Part shown: one piece after another, positions 20,472 through 29,816 of the stretch
Numbering within the stretch: position 1 is the first letter of the stretch
Layout: each line of letters opens with the position of its first letter
Source of the DNA: Spirochaetota bacterium
GTDB lineage: Bacteria; Spirochaetota; JAGLSM01; JAKPMW01
Length of the DNA stretch: 64,000 bases
Direction: 5' to 3'
NCBI GenBank assembly: GCA_031283155.1
Contig: JAITCI010000018.1
Span: 13,690 to 77,689, forward strand
The notes under the pieces: model-generated
Seen by the model: the letters and a program-made list of their open reading frames with translations, nothing else
Told to the model about the DNA's origin: nothing
The model's database searches: none
Program-made: the position numbers and the translations under genes

Positions 20472-23400
20472 TTATGGCGGCGGCGTGGACGAGGTATTGA
20501 ACGCTATCTGATACGTACCGCTGTTGCTTGAGTTGTACGGCCATACGCGGAGGTAATAGGTTTGCCCTTCCGTGAGCGTGTAGCTTGCCCACGTATAGCT
20601 TTCATACAGATTTGGTGTGGTCGATGTAGTGCCGCCCTTCTCTGTGCCGGTCAGTACAGTGCCGCTCTGATTAAGCACCTGGATATACAGATCGGTTAAT
20701 GTGCCGTAGGTGACATGGATATATTGCGTTGCCGCCGTTGCGGTAAAGCTGAACCACTGGGCTCCATAGGAAGCAATGCTGCCGTTTTCCCAGACATTTG
20801 CGGTGAGTATGGCCGCGCCGCCGGGCGGCAAAAAGCTTGCGTTGAACCCTATCTGGTATGTCCCTGTATAACTGTTGTCATAAGGCGTTACTCTGACGTA
20901 GTAAACCTGCCCAACCGTAAGCGTTCGCGAATCATACGCAGTGCTGCTATATACCGATTGGCTCCCCACAGCCGTTCCGGCCTGGTCGTACACTTGCACA
21001 CGCAGAGCAGTCAGCGTACCAAAAGCGACATGGATATACTGCGTTACTGCCGTAGCGGTAAAACTGAATCCTTGCGTCCCGCCGGAAGCAAGGCTGCCGT
21101 TGGCGAAGGTATCTGCGGTGAGCGGAGTAATGCTTGTACCCGGAGGCCAGTGCGTTGTGGTATACGCCATCTGGTATGTACCGCTACTTGTGCCATTCCA
21201 TACCCGGATGTAATAGACTCGTCCGCTTGTGACTGTTTGCGCGGCATACAAAGTGCTGCTATCTAACTTCGATTGGTTCCCGACCGCTGTACCGCTTTCG
21301 TCATACATCTGCATATACACGCCATACGAAGAACTCAATGTGCCGAAAGCGGCGTGGATGTACTGCGTACCGGAATTTGCGGTCAACCGGAACCACTGAT
21401 ATCCTCCGGAAGCAAGGCTGCCATTCGCCCAGGAGTCAGCGGAAAGCGCTACAGGATTGATGGGCGGAAAAACTTCGCCGGACTGAAACGGCGGCAGACT
21501 TGATGCATTAAACGCTATCTGATACGTACCGCTGCTGCTTGAGTAGTACGGCCATACGCGGAGGTAATAGGTTTGCCCTTCCGTGAGCGTGTAGCTTGCC
21601 CACGTATAGCTTCCATACAGATTTGGGGTGGTCGATGTATTGCCGCCCTCCCTTGTGCCGGTCAGTACAGTGCCGCTCTGATTAAGCACCTGGACATACA
21701 GATCGGCTAATGTGCCGTAGGTGGCATGGATATATTGCGCCGCTGCCGTGGCGGTAAAGCTGAACCACTCTGCCCCGCCGGATGCAATGCTGCCACCAGC
21801 AAAGGTATTTACGGTGAGCGGAGTGACGCTTGTGCCGGGCGGCAAAAAGCCCGCATTGAATCCTATCTGGTACGTCCCTGTATAACTGTTGTTATAGGGC
21901 GTTACTTTGACGTAGTATTCCTGCCCAACCGTAAGCGTTCGCGAGGCATACGCGGTGCCGCTGTATAAACGCGATTGGCTCTCTACAGAAGTGCCGTCCC
22001 CGGCATATACCTGCATATACACACCATAGCTTGAATTCAGCGTACCAAATGCGGCGTGAATATATTGGGTTGCTGCCGTCGCGGTAAAGCTGAACCACTC
22101 TGCCCCGCCGGATGCAATGCTGCCACCAGCAAAAGTATTTACGGTGAGCGGAGTGACGCTTGTGCCGGGCGGCAAAAAGCCCGCATTGAACCCTATCTGG
22201 TACGTCCCTGTATAACTGTTGTTATAAGGCGTTACTTTGACGTAGTAAACCTGCCCAACCGTAAGCGTTCGCGAGACATACAAGGCACCGCTGTATAAAC
22301 GTGATTGGCTCTCTACAGAAGCGCCGTCCCCGGCATATACTTGCATAAGCGCACCATAGCTTGAATCGAGCGTACCAAAAGCGGCGTGGATATATTGCGC
22401 CGCTGCCGTGGCGGTAAAGCTGAACCATTGCACCCCGCCGGCAGCAAGGCTGCCATTAGCGAAAGTATTTGCGGTGAGCGAAGTGATACTTGTACCGGGC
22501 GGCAAAAAGCCCGCATTGAACCCTATCTGGTACGTCCCTGTATAACTGTTGTTATAGGGCGTTACTTTGACGTAGTATTCCTGCCCAGCCGTAAGCGTTC
22601 GCGAGACATACAAGGCACCGCTGTATAAACGTGATTGGCTCTCTACAGAAGTGCCGTCCCCGGCATACACCTGCATAAGCGCACCATAGCTTGAATCGAG
22701 CGTACCAAAAGCGGCGTGGATATATTGCGTATTGGAATTTGCTGTAAAACGGAACCACTGGATCCCGTCTGAAACAAGACTGCCGCTTTTCCAGGCATTT
22801 GCGGTGAGTATGCTCGTATCCGGCGGCCAGAGAGCTGTGTTAAACCCTATCTGATACGTCCCGGTATAGCTGTTATTATAAGGCGTTACTTTGATGTAGT
22901 ATACCTGCCCAACCGTAAGCGTTCGCGAATCATACACAGTACCGCTGTATAAACGCGATTGGCTTCCTGTTGTTGTACCGCCTTCGGTATACACCTGCAT
23001 AAGTACGCCATAGCTTGAATTGAGCGTACCAAAAGCGGCATGGATATATTGCGTACTGGAATTTGCGGTCAAACTGAACCACTCTGTCCCGCCGGAAGCC
23101 AGACTGCCATTGGCGAAAGTATCTGCGGCGAGCTGCGTGATGCTTGTGCCGGGCGGCAAAAAACAAGTATTAAAGCCTATCTGGTATGTACCGGTATAAC
23201 TGCTGCTCCATGGCCATACCCGGATGTAATAGATCTGCCCGGGAATGAGCGCGCGGGAGATATATGCGGCACTGCCGATTATATTCGACTGCTCCCCTAT
23301 CGCATACCCAATGCTGTTATACACCTGTACGGTTATGCCATAATAAGAATTTAATGTGCCAAAAATGGCATGGATATACTGCGTGTTGGAATTCGCCGTA

Positions 23401-24128
23401 AAACGAAACCATTGGTCGCCATTCTCCAGAAAACCATTATCTGTCCAGGTATTTTCGGTTAAATCGGTTATACCGAATGCGGGCAGCGTTATCGGCAGCG
23501 TAGGATATCTGTTGAATAATATGGTGTATGTTCCGCTGCCGATATTCGACCATACACGGATAAAATACACCTGCCCGGGAATAAGCGGGCGGGAGGCGCT
23601 TTGCGTACTGCCGTAAAGATTTGAGTTGCCTCCGGCTACATTGCCGGCATTGTCATACACTTGTATATACAAATTGCTGAGCGTACCAAAAGCCACATGA
23701 AAATACTGCATACCTGCCGTCGCGGTAAAACGGAACCACTGCTCTTCGCTCGGGGCAATATTGCCATTGGTCCAGACGTCCTCCCTCAGAGGAATTGCGC
23801 CTGCCTGCGTTTTACCGTCGGCGGAACTGGCTGAACTGGTGAATTGCGATGAACCTGTAAAATCGACAGAACTGGCGAATTGCGATGACCCCATAGAATC
23901 GACAGAATTGGCTGAAACAGACGCAGCCGACGCGGAATCGACAGAATTGGCTGAAACAGACGCAGCCGACATGGAAGTATTCAAATCTGCGGAACTGGCT
24001 GAGCTTGATGATGCTGTCAAATCTTCATCTTCGCCGCCGCAAGCCGCAAACAAGCAGCAAAACGCAATGAAAACAGAAAAGATTGGGCAAAAAACAACGC
24101 CTTTTTTGTTTTGCGCAAAAATTTTCAT
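20472..24128 (-). CDS. Large surface lipoprotein with 10 tandem PPC-like beta-sandwich repeats
   Basis: Lipobox FAAC, Ser-rich linker, 10 units of about 105-110 aa (QWF.FTA...QYIH..FGTL...GQ.YY.RV.PY...G.YQI.FN); no catalytic domain recognised. Confidence 0.8.
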   Translation of the reverse strand: MKIFAQNKKGVVFCPIFSVFIAFCCLFAACGGEDEDLTASSSSASSADLNTSMSAASVSANSVDSASAASVSANSVDSMGSSQFASSVDFTGSSQFTSSASSADGKTQAGAIPLREDVWTNGNIAPSEEQWFRFTATAGMQYFHVAFGTLSNLYIQVYDNAGNVAGGNSNLYGSTQSASRPLIPGQVYFIRVWSNIGSGTYTILFNRYPTLPITLPAFGITDLTENTWTDNGFLENGDQWFRFTANSNTQYIHAIFGTLNSYYGITVQVYNSIGYAIGEQSNIIGSAAYISRALIPGQIYYIRVWPWSSSYTGTYQIGFNTCFLPPGTSITQLAADTFANGSLASGGTEWFSLTANSSTQYIHAAFGTLNSSYGVLMQVYTEGGTTTGSQSRLYSGTVYDSRTLTVGQVYYIKVTPYNNSYTGTYQIGFNTALWPPDTSILTANAWKSGSLVSDGIQWFRFTANSNTQYIHAAFGTLDSSYGALMQVYAGDGTSVESQSRLYSGALYVSRTLTAGQEYYVKVTPYNNSYTGTYQIGFNAGFLPPGTSITSLTANTFANGSLAAGGVQWFSFTATAAAQYIHAAFGTLDSSYGALMQVYAGDGASVESQSRLYSGALYVSRTLTVGQVYYVKVTPYNNSYTGTYQIGFNAGFLPPGTSVTPLTVNTFAGGSIASGGAEWFSFTATAATQYIHAAFGTLNSSYGVYMQVYAGDGTSVESQSRLYSGTAYASRTLTVGQEYYVKVTPYNNSYTGTYQIGFNAGFLPPGTSVTPLTVNTFAGGSIASGGAEWFSFTATAAAQYIHATYGTLADLYVQVLNQSGTVLTGTREGGNTSTTPNLYGSYTWASYTLTEGQTYYLRVWPYYSSSSGTYQIAFNASSLPPFQSGEVFPPINPVALSADSWANGSLASGGYQWFRLTANSGTQYIHAAFGTLSSSYGVYMQMYDESGTAVGNQSKLDSSTLYAAQTVTSGRVYYIRVWNGTSSGTYQMAYTTTHWPPGTSITPLTADTFANGSLASGGTQGFSFTATAVTQYIHVAFGTLTALRVQVYDQAGTAVGSQSVYSSTAYDSRTLTVGQVYYVRVTPYDNSYTGTYQIGFNASFLPPGGAAILTANVWENGSIASYGAQWFSFTATAATQYIHVTYGTLTDLYIQVLNQSGTVLTGTEKGGTTSTTPNLYESYTWASYTLTEGQTYYLRVWPYNSSNSGTYQIAFNTSSTPPP
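21730..22760 (-). repeat. Near-identical 330-bp intragenic tandem repeats
   Basis: TATATTG anchor recurs at 21731, 22061, 22391, 22721. Confidence 0.9.
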
Positions 24129-24473
24129 AATCTCTCCTAATCGTCAAGGGGTTTTTCATTGCTTGGCACCACTGCGGGAGTATGGATAAAAATTCGCTTA
24201 CAACCTTCGCGGGCATTGGCATCCGTGCCAATGCCATATTCAGGCGTACATGGACGAAATTTCCCCGCTTGTATTTCCGCAAACAGTTCCGTTGTGTTCG
24301 CTTTGTATGCGCTTGTGTTCTGTGGGGAGCGCGTCGTTGAATATAGTCGTTTCCGGATTCATCGTTGGAATCCTGAGCATGGCAAGTCTCTCTTCCGCAC
24401 AGACAGTATACCACACAATTCAGATTTTCATCACGGTTTGTGCTCAAATTTTGCCTTTTTGCAACACCCACCG

Positions 24474-25232
24474 TCAGCCTTGCCCACGCCAGATCACCAG
24501 TTCCATGTCGTAGCGTGTTATTGAAAGATACTTCCCCGAGGCCTCGTCGCGGAATTGCTCAAGATATTCGCGGATGATATGCGCATCCGGCGCCGCCCCG
24601 GCAGCCTCGACCACTGTAATGGCGTTCGTCGTCATTTCCTCCGGTGTAAAATACGCGCGGCGCTCCCCTTGCAGCGGATACACGGTAAAGGGAATGTTTG
24701 CGTCGCGGAGCCAGTCCTGGAGAACGCTGTAATCTGTTTTTGTTTTTCGCGCAACGCCGTGGAGTTCCAGCAGCGCGCTTCCGAGGGTGTGGGTATCGGA
24801 GGCGCGGGCCTCCCCGGAAAAATGCAGGAGTATCCCCCACCCGGACAAGGCGCTGCAGGCTTTCCGCAAATCCGCCGGATCCCTTATGGCGGGTGAACGC
24901 GAGCAAAATACAATATCGAATTTTTCATTTACTTTGTATTCCGCCCAGTCGCATTCCGCATAGCGGATGTTGGTAATGCAAAGCGCCGCCGCCTGGCTCC
25001 GCAGCCGATCAAGCATAACGGGCGATATGTCCAGGGCTGTAACCAGCCTCGCGGCCTGCGCGAAGGGTACCGCGTAGGAACCCGCGCCGCAGCCCAGATC
25101 AAGCACGTGGGCGTCCGAAAGATCCACCCCATGCCTGCGTATGGTCTCCAGCACCCTTGCCTGAAACTCGTCCCCGCTGCGGTATCCGGGAAAGGATCGT
25201 CCCCGTATATCCCAGTATTTTTTGTCGCACAT
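24474..25232 (-). CDS. Class I SAM-dependent methyltransferase
   Basis: VLDLGCGAGS motif I, VTALDIS, KFDIVFC; start set at ATG 25232. Confidence 0.88.
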   Translation of the reverse strand: MCDKKYWDIRGRSFPGYRSGDEFQARVLETIRRHGVDLSDAHVLDLGCGAGSYAVPFAQAARLVTALDISPVMLDRLRSQAAALCITNIRYAECDWAEYKVNEKFDIVFCSRSPAIRDPADLRKACSALSGWGILLHFSGEARASDTHTLGSALLELHGVARKTKTDYSVLQDWLRDANIPFTVYPLQGERRAYFTPEEMTTNAITVVEAAGAAPDAHIIREYLEQFRDEASGKYLSITRYDMELVIWRGQG

Positions 25233-25333
25233 ATGCAGCCCCTCAGTCGCGCGCAACTAAAACGTACCCTGCGTTCAAATTTTCCGCTGTACGCCCCTCG
25301 TTCACCCTCGCTGCGCTGCAGCAAGGGCATAGA

Positions 25334-25369
25334 GCGTACATTACCCTACGGGCACTTCGCCATGTACGC
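25334..25369. repeat. Palindromic family core module
   Basis: GCGTAC-attaccctacgggcacttcgccat-GTACGC, homologous to 56724-56759 inside murT. Confidence 0.8.
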
Positions 25370-25459
25370 GCTCGGGACACGACATCCTGGTCGTAGCCTT
25401 CCGAAAATAGCCTCAGCATGATAGAATGGCAAGCCGCAGACAGCCGAAATGGAGGATAT

Positions 25460-26590
25460 ATGCGCATCAGCACGATAGAAGAGGCCGTGCAGTCGGCGCT
25501 GCAAGAGGCGCGCGCCGCCGAGGCAAAAGGTACCTACGGCGTTGGGGGCGCGCTGATCGATCTTCGGAGCGGCAGGCTGCTCAAAACCATGGAGAGTTCC
25601 GTTGTCGTGAACGGAAGGCTTATCGATCCGACCGCCCACGGCGAACGGAAATTGGTTGACTGGTATTTCGCGCAGGAGAATCGCGCGGATCTGGTCAAAC
25701 CGCAGGACGCCGCTATTATAACCTCATTGGATCCCTGCTGTATGTGTACGGGTTCCATATTGATCGGCGGTTTCCGCGCGATCATCGCCGCGCCGGACGA
25801 CAAGGCCGGAATCAATTATGACGGAACGAATAGCTTTCTGCCCTTTGACCGGCCTCTGCAAACATTTTACTACCCCGGGGTTCGCGATGGGGAATTCGCG
25901 CGGGAGGAATACGGCGTGCCGCCGGATATCTTTCAGCAAACCGATCTGCGCGCGGAAACCCACCGCGCTTGCCTGGACGCCTTTGTGTCCGGCGCGGCCA
26001 ACGCGAGGCGCGTCATCAGGGAGATGAACATCCCCGTGGAAAAGCTGCAGGATCTTGCGGCAAGCGCCGAAACCCCGCTGCGCGCGCTCTATCCGTATGC
26101 ACTCGGATACAGAGCGCCCAAACGCGGCTGCCCTGACCGCAAACTGCTGCCGTATCTCGAAGAAGCCGCCCATGCCGACGCGGCAAACGGAGGCGACGGC
26201 GACGCCGCCGCGTTTTTGGATTATTTCGGCAATCTGCTCATCTGTATGCCCGGGCAAAAAAACCGCTCCCCCATCCGCACCGCCTATATGGAAATGATCC
26301 GCGCCTACTCCCGTCTGCGGTATGATCTCGCGCAGGAAAACGCAAGCGCGCTCGCCTGGCTGCATGAGCCAAAACACGGTACCATTGTACTCTATCGGGG
26401 CTTCGACAAGGGCGCGCGCGGGCTGGTGGATCTCGGCGCGTATGGTTCCACGATTTCAGGCGGACGCCCTGTAGACCGGAATCTCCTCTGCGTCCATGAA
26501 CGCATCCCGGGCGATGCGCTTGCGACATTCATCGCGAATATGCCCCCGCGCTACCGCGATTTAATACGGCCGCAGCGGATGTTTGCCTGA
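25460..26590 (+). CDS. Zn-dependent nucleoside/nucleotide deaminase with long C-terminal extension
   Basis: DPTAHGE and LDPCCMC (HxE / PCxxC) motifs; GGAGG RBS before ATG 25460. Confidence 0.85.
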   Translation: MRISTIEEAVQSALQEARAAEAKGTYGVGGALIDLRSGRLLKTMESSVVVNGRLIDPTAHGERKLVDWYFAQENRADLVKPQDAAIITSLDPCCMCTGSILIGGFRAIIAAPDDKAGINYDGTNSFLPFDRPLQTFYYPGVRDGEFAREEYGVPPDIFQQTDLRAETHRACLDAFVSGAANARRVIREMNIPVEKLQDLAASAETPLRALYPYALGYRAPKRGCPDRKLLPYLEEAAHADAANGGDGDAAAFLDYFGNLLICMPGQKNRSPIRTAYMEMIRAYSRLRYDLAQENASALAWLHEPKHGTIVLYRGFDKGARGLVDLGAYGSTISGGRPVDRNLLCVHERIPGDALATFIANMPPRYRDLIRPQRMFA

Positions 26591-26601
26591 ACCGCAGAAA
26601 A

Positions 26602-26690
26602 AATTCAATATGCCAAAAATGGCATGAATACAGCGCACTGAAATTTGCTGTACAACGAAACCATTGATCCCCATTTTCCAGAAAGCCATT
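26602..26690 (-). pseudogene. Degenerate relic of one PPC-like repeat
   Basis: Aligns to 23348-23438 (GFLENGDQWFRFTANSNTQYIHAIFGTLN) with substitutions and a frameshifting deletion of about 2 bp. Confidence 0.8.
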
Positions 26691-26707
26691 TTGTGCTACC
26701 CTGCGGT

Positions 26708-27244
26708 ATGCGATACGTCATTATTACCGGTCCCCGAAAGGCCGGAAAAAGCTGCAGCCTGCTGAAAACGGCGGAAAAATTACAAGCGTCCGGAATGCCT
26801 CTGGGAGGCGTTATCACCAGACGGGTACCGGGACACAGCGAAGGCGACGACCGCGAAATTGTTAAGCCCGGCGGCACAGAGGCGATACCCTTCTGTTCCC
26901 GAATCGAATGGGGCGCGCGCGATGATGTATTTAAGGAAGGTCATTTTTATTTTTCAAAATCCGCTTTTGCGAAGGGCAACGCATGGATCCGCGCCGGTCT
27001 GGAGAGCGGCGTTTTATTTATCGATGAAATAGGCGGTCTGGAAATGGCGGAGAATAATGAATATAAGTGGGATTTTGCGCTTCCTCTGGCGCAGGACAGG
27101 GGGAAAAAGCAAACGCTCCTGTTTTCCGTAAAGGAAAATCTGGTTGACGGATTTATTGAAAAATATAAATTCAGTTGGAAAATTATAAGAGCGGAAAACG
27201 GCGAGGACATAAGCGATAGGATTCTTGCAGAAATAGAATACTAA
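26708..27244 (+). CDS. P-loop NTPase (NTPase_1/DUF2478-like)
   Basis: IITGPRKAGKS Walker A, LFIDEIG Walker B; start moved to ATG 26708 because the upstream codons are the repeat relic. Confidence 0.8.
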   Translation: MRYVIITGPRKAGKSCSLLKTAEKLQASGMPLGGVITRRVPGHSEGDDREIVKPGGTEAIPFCSRIEWGARDDVFKEGHFYFSKSAFAKGNAWIRAGLESGVLFIDEIGGLEMAENNEYKWDFALPLAQDRGKKQTLLFSVKENLVDGFIEKYKFSWKIIRAENGEDISDRILAEIEY

Positions 27245-27326
27245 AGCCGTGAAAAACCAGGGCGCGTCCCTGAAATGTTTTTTCGCCAATTGCGGGCAGC
27301 ATACCGCTTAGCCAATACAGGAGAGT

Positions 27327-29816
27327 TTATTTCGCCTTTTTTGCGTCGGCTGCGCTGATAGACGTGTCGTAAAGACCGATGTCCTCTCCTTCGTGCCGAT
27401 TGATTCCAGTATACTCCAGCGAGGAATCCTCATAGCGCTTGAACTTATACACTGCGTCGTTCATAAGGGCGCTATTGAATACGCCCAGCGATACGAGCAA
27501 CTCGAAATCTTTGATTTCCAAACCGGTCGTCTTTTTGAAAAGCCCCGGCTCTAATTGCGTAATAACGTCCTTCAGCGAGCGCTCGCGGTAGTCCGTCAGA
27601 TACATAAAGACGGGAATACGCGTTGCGAATTTAATAAGTTTCTCCTGAATTTGCTTGCGGACGCTCTTATATTCTTTTTCTTCCTCGGTAAGCTGTTTCT
27701 TCTCTTTTTCGGAAAGTTCCTTCTCGTTCGCTTTTGTTTTGAGTTTATTTACGCTCTCGGACTTGTTGATAATCGTTTCTATATCCTGATTGAGATTGCG
27801 GAAACCTTCGATATTCATAAGGGCTTCCATCGCTTTCGGATTGTCCATCAAGCGGCGAAGAGTATTGTTATCTACGTTGACGAGCAAGGCGCTTTCCCAG
27901 CGGCGGGCGAGTAAGGTCGCCGTCGTACCGGCCATCGCCATATCGAGAACTCCGGCTGCGTCGATTTGTTTCATAGAACTTCCGTCGTAGGCGAGGACGG
28001 GCAGGAAATTGATAAACTCCGCAACCTTCTTCTCGGGATTGCTTTCGTTCAGGTCGAGACGGCAACTATATTCCGCAATCTGCTTCAACGCGCGGTCGGG
28101 CGCGAAATCAAACACGTAGCAGTCCTCTTTGAGTATCGTATCCGTTCCGTCGGGGTTCTTCGTCGTCCACGGCGTTTGAACGCGGAAGGCGGCCTGGAAG
28201 TAGGTCTCGGGGCTTGACGAGTTGCGGAGCATAAAGATACCCGACCACGGCTTTACCGATACCCCGGTCGTCAGTTTGCCGCAGGAGAGGGTTATCGTCT
28301 TTGTTTTGAGCGGGTCGTCCATTCCCTTGAATACGGGGAAAAGCGCTTGCACCCCAATACCGGCTTCGCTGCCGGCGGCGACGATAACCTGATAATCCTT
28401 GTAAAAGATATTTTGCCGTTTATCCAAAAGATTTTTCATAGCATAGCAACTGGCGACGGACGGCAAGAACCAGAACGTATGGGTGAGCAGCCCGAGCAAT
28501 CGAGCGTCCGAGAATGGCATAGGCGGTTTTTGAGTGCCGAGTTTCAAACTGTCGATAGTCGTTTCCATAAACGCGCCGCGAATGAGGTCGAGCCATTTTT
28601 GAACTTCGCTCTCGTGCATGAATTTCGCCTTGTCCGCAGCGTCGGCAGCCGAGAAAAACTCGTTGAGGTCGAACTCGTTAAACTCGCCTTGCAGGGCAAC
28701 ATCGCGGATTGCATCCGGCAGTTGATAGGTAAGCATAACCATTCGCGGAAGCGAACTGTAGGGGTTAGTATTCTTCCTGTCCTTCCATGCATTTTTTTCA
28801 CGCTGCTCGTCGGAATACGTCCAGTTATAGATTTGTTCTTCGATAAACTCGCCGCTTGCGATGGCGCGAAACGGCGTACCGGACAGATACAAATACGCGC
28901 CGGTAGTTATGGGCATATTGTTTTCGTCGTAGTAATCCAGCCCCGCGCCTTCTTCCCGCTTGTCTTCCGCTTCAAATAAATCCTTAGCGTTTTCGCGCCA
29001 CGCGCCGTAATGGTATTCATCCAGAATCACGCAGTCCCAGTTCGCAGAATGGACCCATTCGTTTTTCGCCTTGATACCGCCGACTTTGTTCTTTCCGAGT
29101 AAATCCTGAAACGAGCCGAAGGCAACCATCGGACCGGCTTTGCGCGGCCTGGAAAACGACGCTTCCCCGGTATGCTCTTTGCAAACTATGAACTGCCAAC
29201 CGTCAAAGTCGGTATGGGATTTCAAATCATCCTCCCATGCGTTTTGAGCGGCGGGCTTGAAGGTAAGGACAAGTATCTTCGTCCAGCCCATCGCCTTTGC
29301 GAGTTGGTAAGCGGTGAAAGTTTTGCCAAAACGCATTTTGGCGTTCCATAGAAAATGCGGGGTCTTATGCGGGTTTTCTTTTTTGTAACTTTGGAAATAC
29401 GCCATTGTCTTTTTGACGGCGGCTTCCTGCTCGGGCCGCATTCCAAAGGTGTTCGTGCGCGGCATATCGAACTCTTTGCGCTCGCGCAGGGCAACGCAGG
29501 CGGCCTTTACGTCGCGGACGGAGCATTTGAACCATTCGCCCTCGGGGTTCAGGAACTTCCGATTGCGAAGATAGCGGTGAACATCGTGGTCGGTAAAAGA
29601 CGAGCCATCCTCGCGCATTGCGGTTTCTATCAATACGATTTTATAAGGGGCTTTGCCTGGACGCTTGGTCGGGTATTGCTGGGCGACGCGCTCTTCGGCG
29701 GACTGGGCGGATGTATAGCCGACTTTTAATAGTCCGGCATACTGCGGGTTTGTATCCTCATAGGCATAGATTGTCGGGCAAGCCTCGGGGCGCTTTGGGA
29801 AAAAGTCCTTATTCAT
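27327..29816 (-). CDS. T5orf172/GIY-YIG nuclease fused to SF2 (ResIII-like) helicase
   Basis: IYAY...LLKVGYT...EGEWF; AKMRFGKT, LDEYH, LSGTP, KLTTGV, YFQAAFR. Confidence 0.85.
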   Translation of the reverse strand: MNKDFFPKRPEACPTIYAYEDTNPQYAGLLKVGYTSAQSAEERVAQQYPTKRPGKAPYKIVLIETAMREDGSSFTDHDVHRYLRNRKFLNPEGEWFKCSVRDVKAACVALRERKEFDMPRTNTFGMRPEQEAAVKKTMAYFQSYKKENPHKTPHFLWNAKMRFGKTFTAYQLAKAMGWTKILVLTFKPAAQNAWEDDLKSHTDFDGWQFIVCKEHTGEASFSRPRKAGPMVAFGSFQDLLGKNKVGGIKAKNEWVHSANWDCVILDEYHYGAWRENAKDLFEAEDKREEGAGLDYYDENNMPITTGAYLYLSGTPFRAIASGEFIEEQIYNWTYSDEQREKNAWKDRKNTNPYSSLPRMVMLTYQLPDAIRDVALQGEFNEFDLNEFFSAADAADKAKFMHESEVQKWLDLIRGAFMETTIDSLKLGTQKPPMPFSDARLLGLLTHTFWFLPSVASCYAMKNLLDKRQNIFYKDYQVIVAAGSEAGIGVQALFPVFKGMDDPLKTKTITLSCGKLTTGVSVKPWSGIFMLRNSSSPETYFQAAFRVQTPWTTKNPDGTDTILKEDCYVFDFAPDRALKQIAEYSCRLDLNESNPEKKVAEFINFLPVLAYDGSSMKQIDAAGVLDMAMAGTTATLLARRWESALLVNVDNNTLRRLMDNPKAMEALMNIEGFRNLNQDIETIINKSESVNKLKTKANEKELSEKEKKQLTEEEKEYKSVRKQIQEKLIKFATRIPVFMYLTDYRERSLKDVITQLEPGLFKKTTGLEIKDFELLVSLGVFNSALMNDAVYKFKRYEDSSLEYTGINRHEGEDIGLYDTSISAADAKKAK

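Noticed and set aside
24190-24400. Decayed RelB/DinJ-like antitoxin or small ORF upstream of the large lipoprotein
   Set aside because: Resemblance is only a few residues split over different frames; not supportable without a search.
23348-26690. Diversity-generating retroelement TR/VR pair (repeat versus relic)
   Set aside because: Mismatches are not adenine-specific, there is an indel, and no reverse transcriptase is present.
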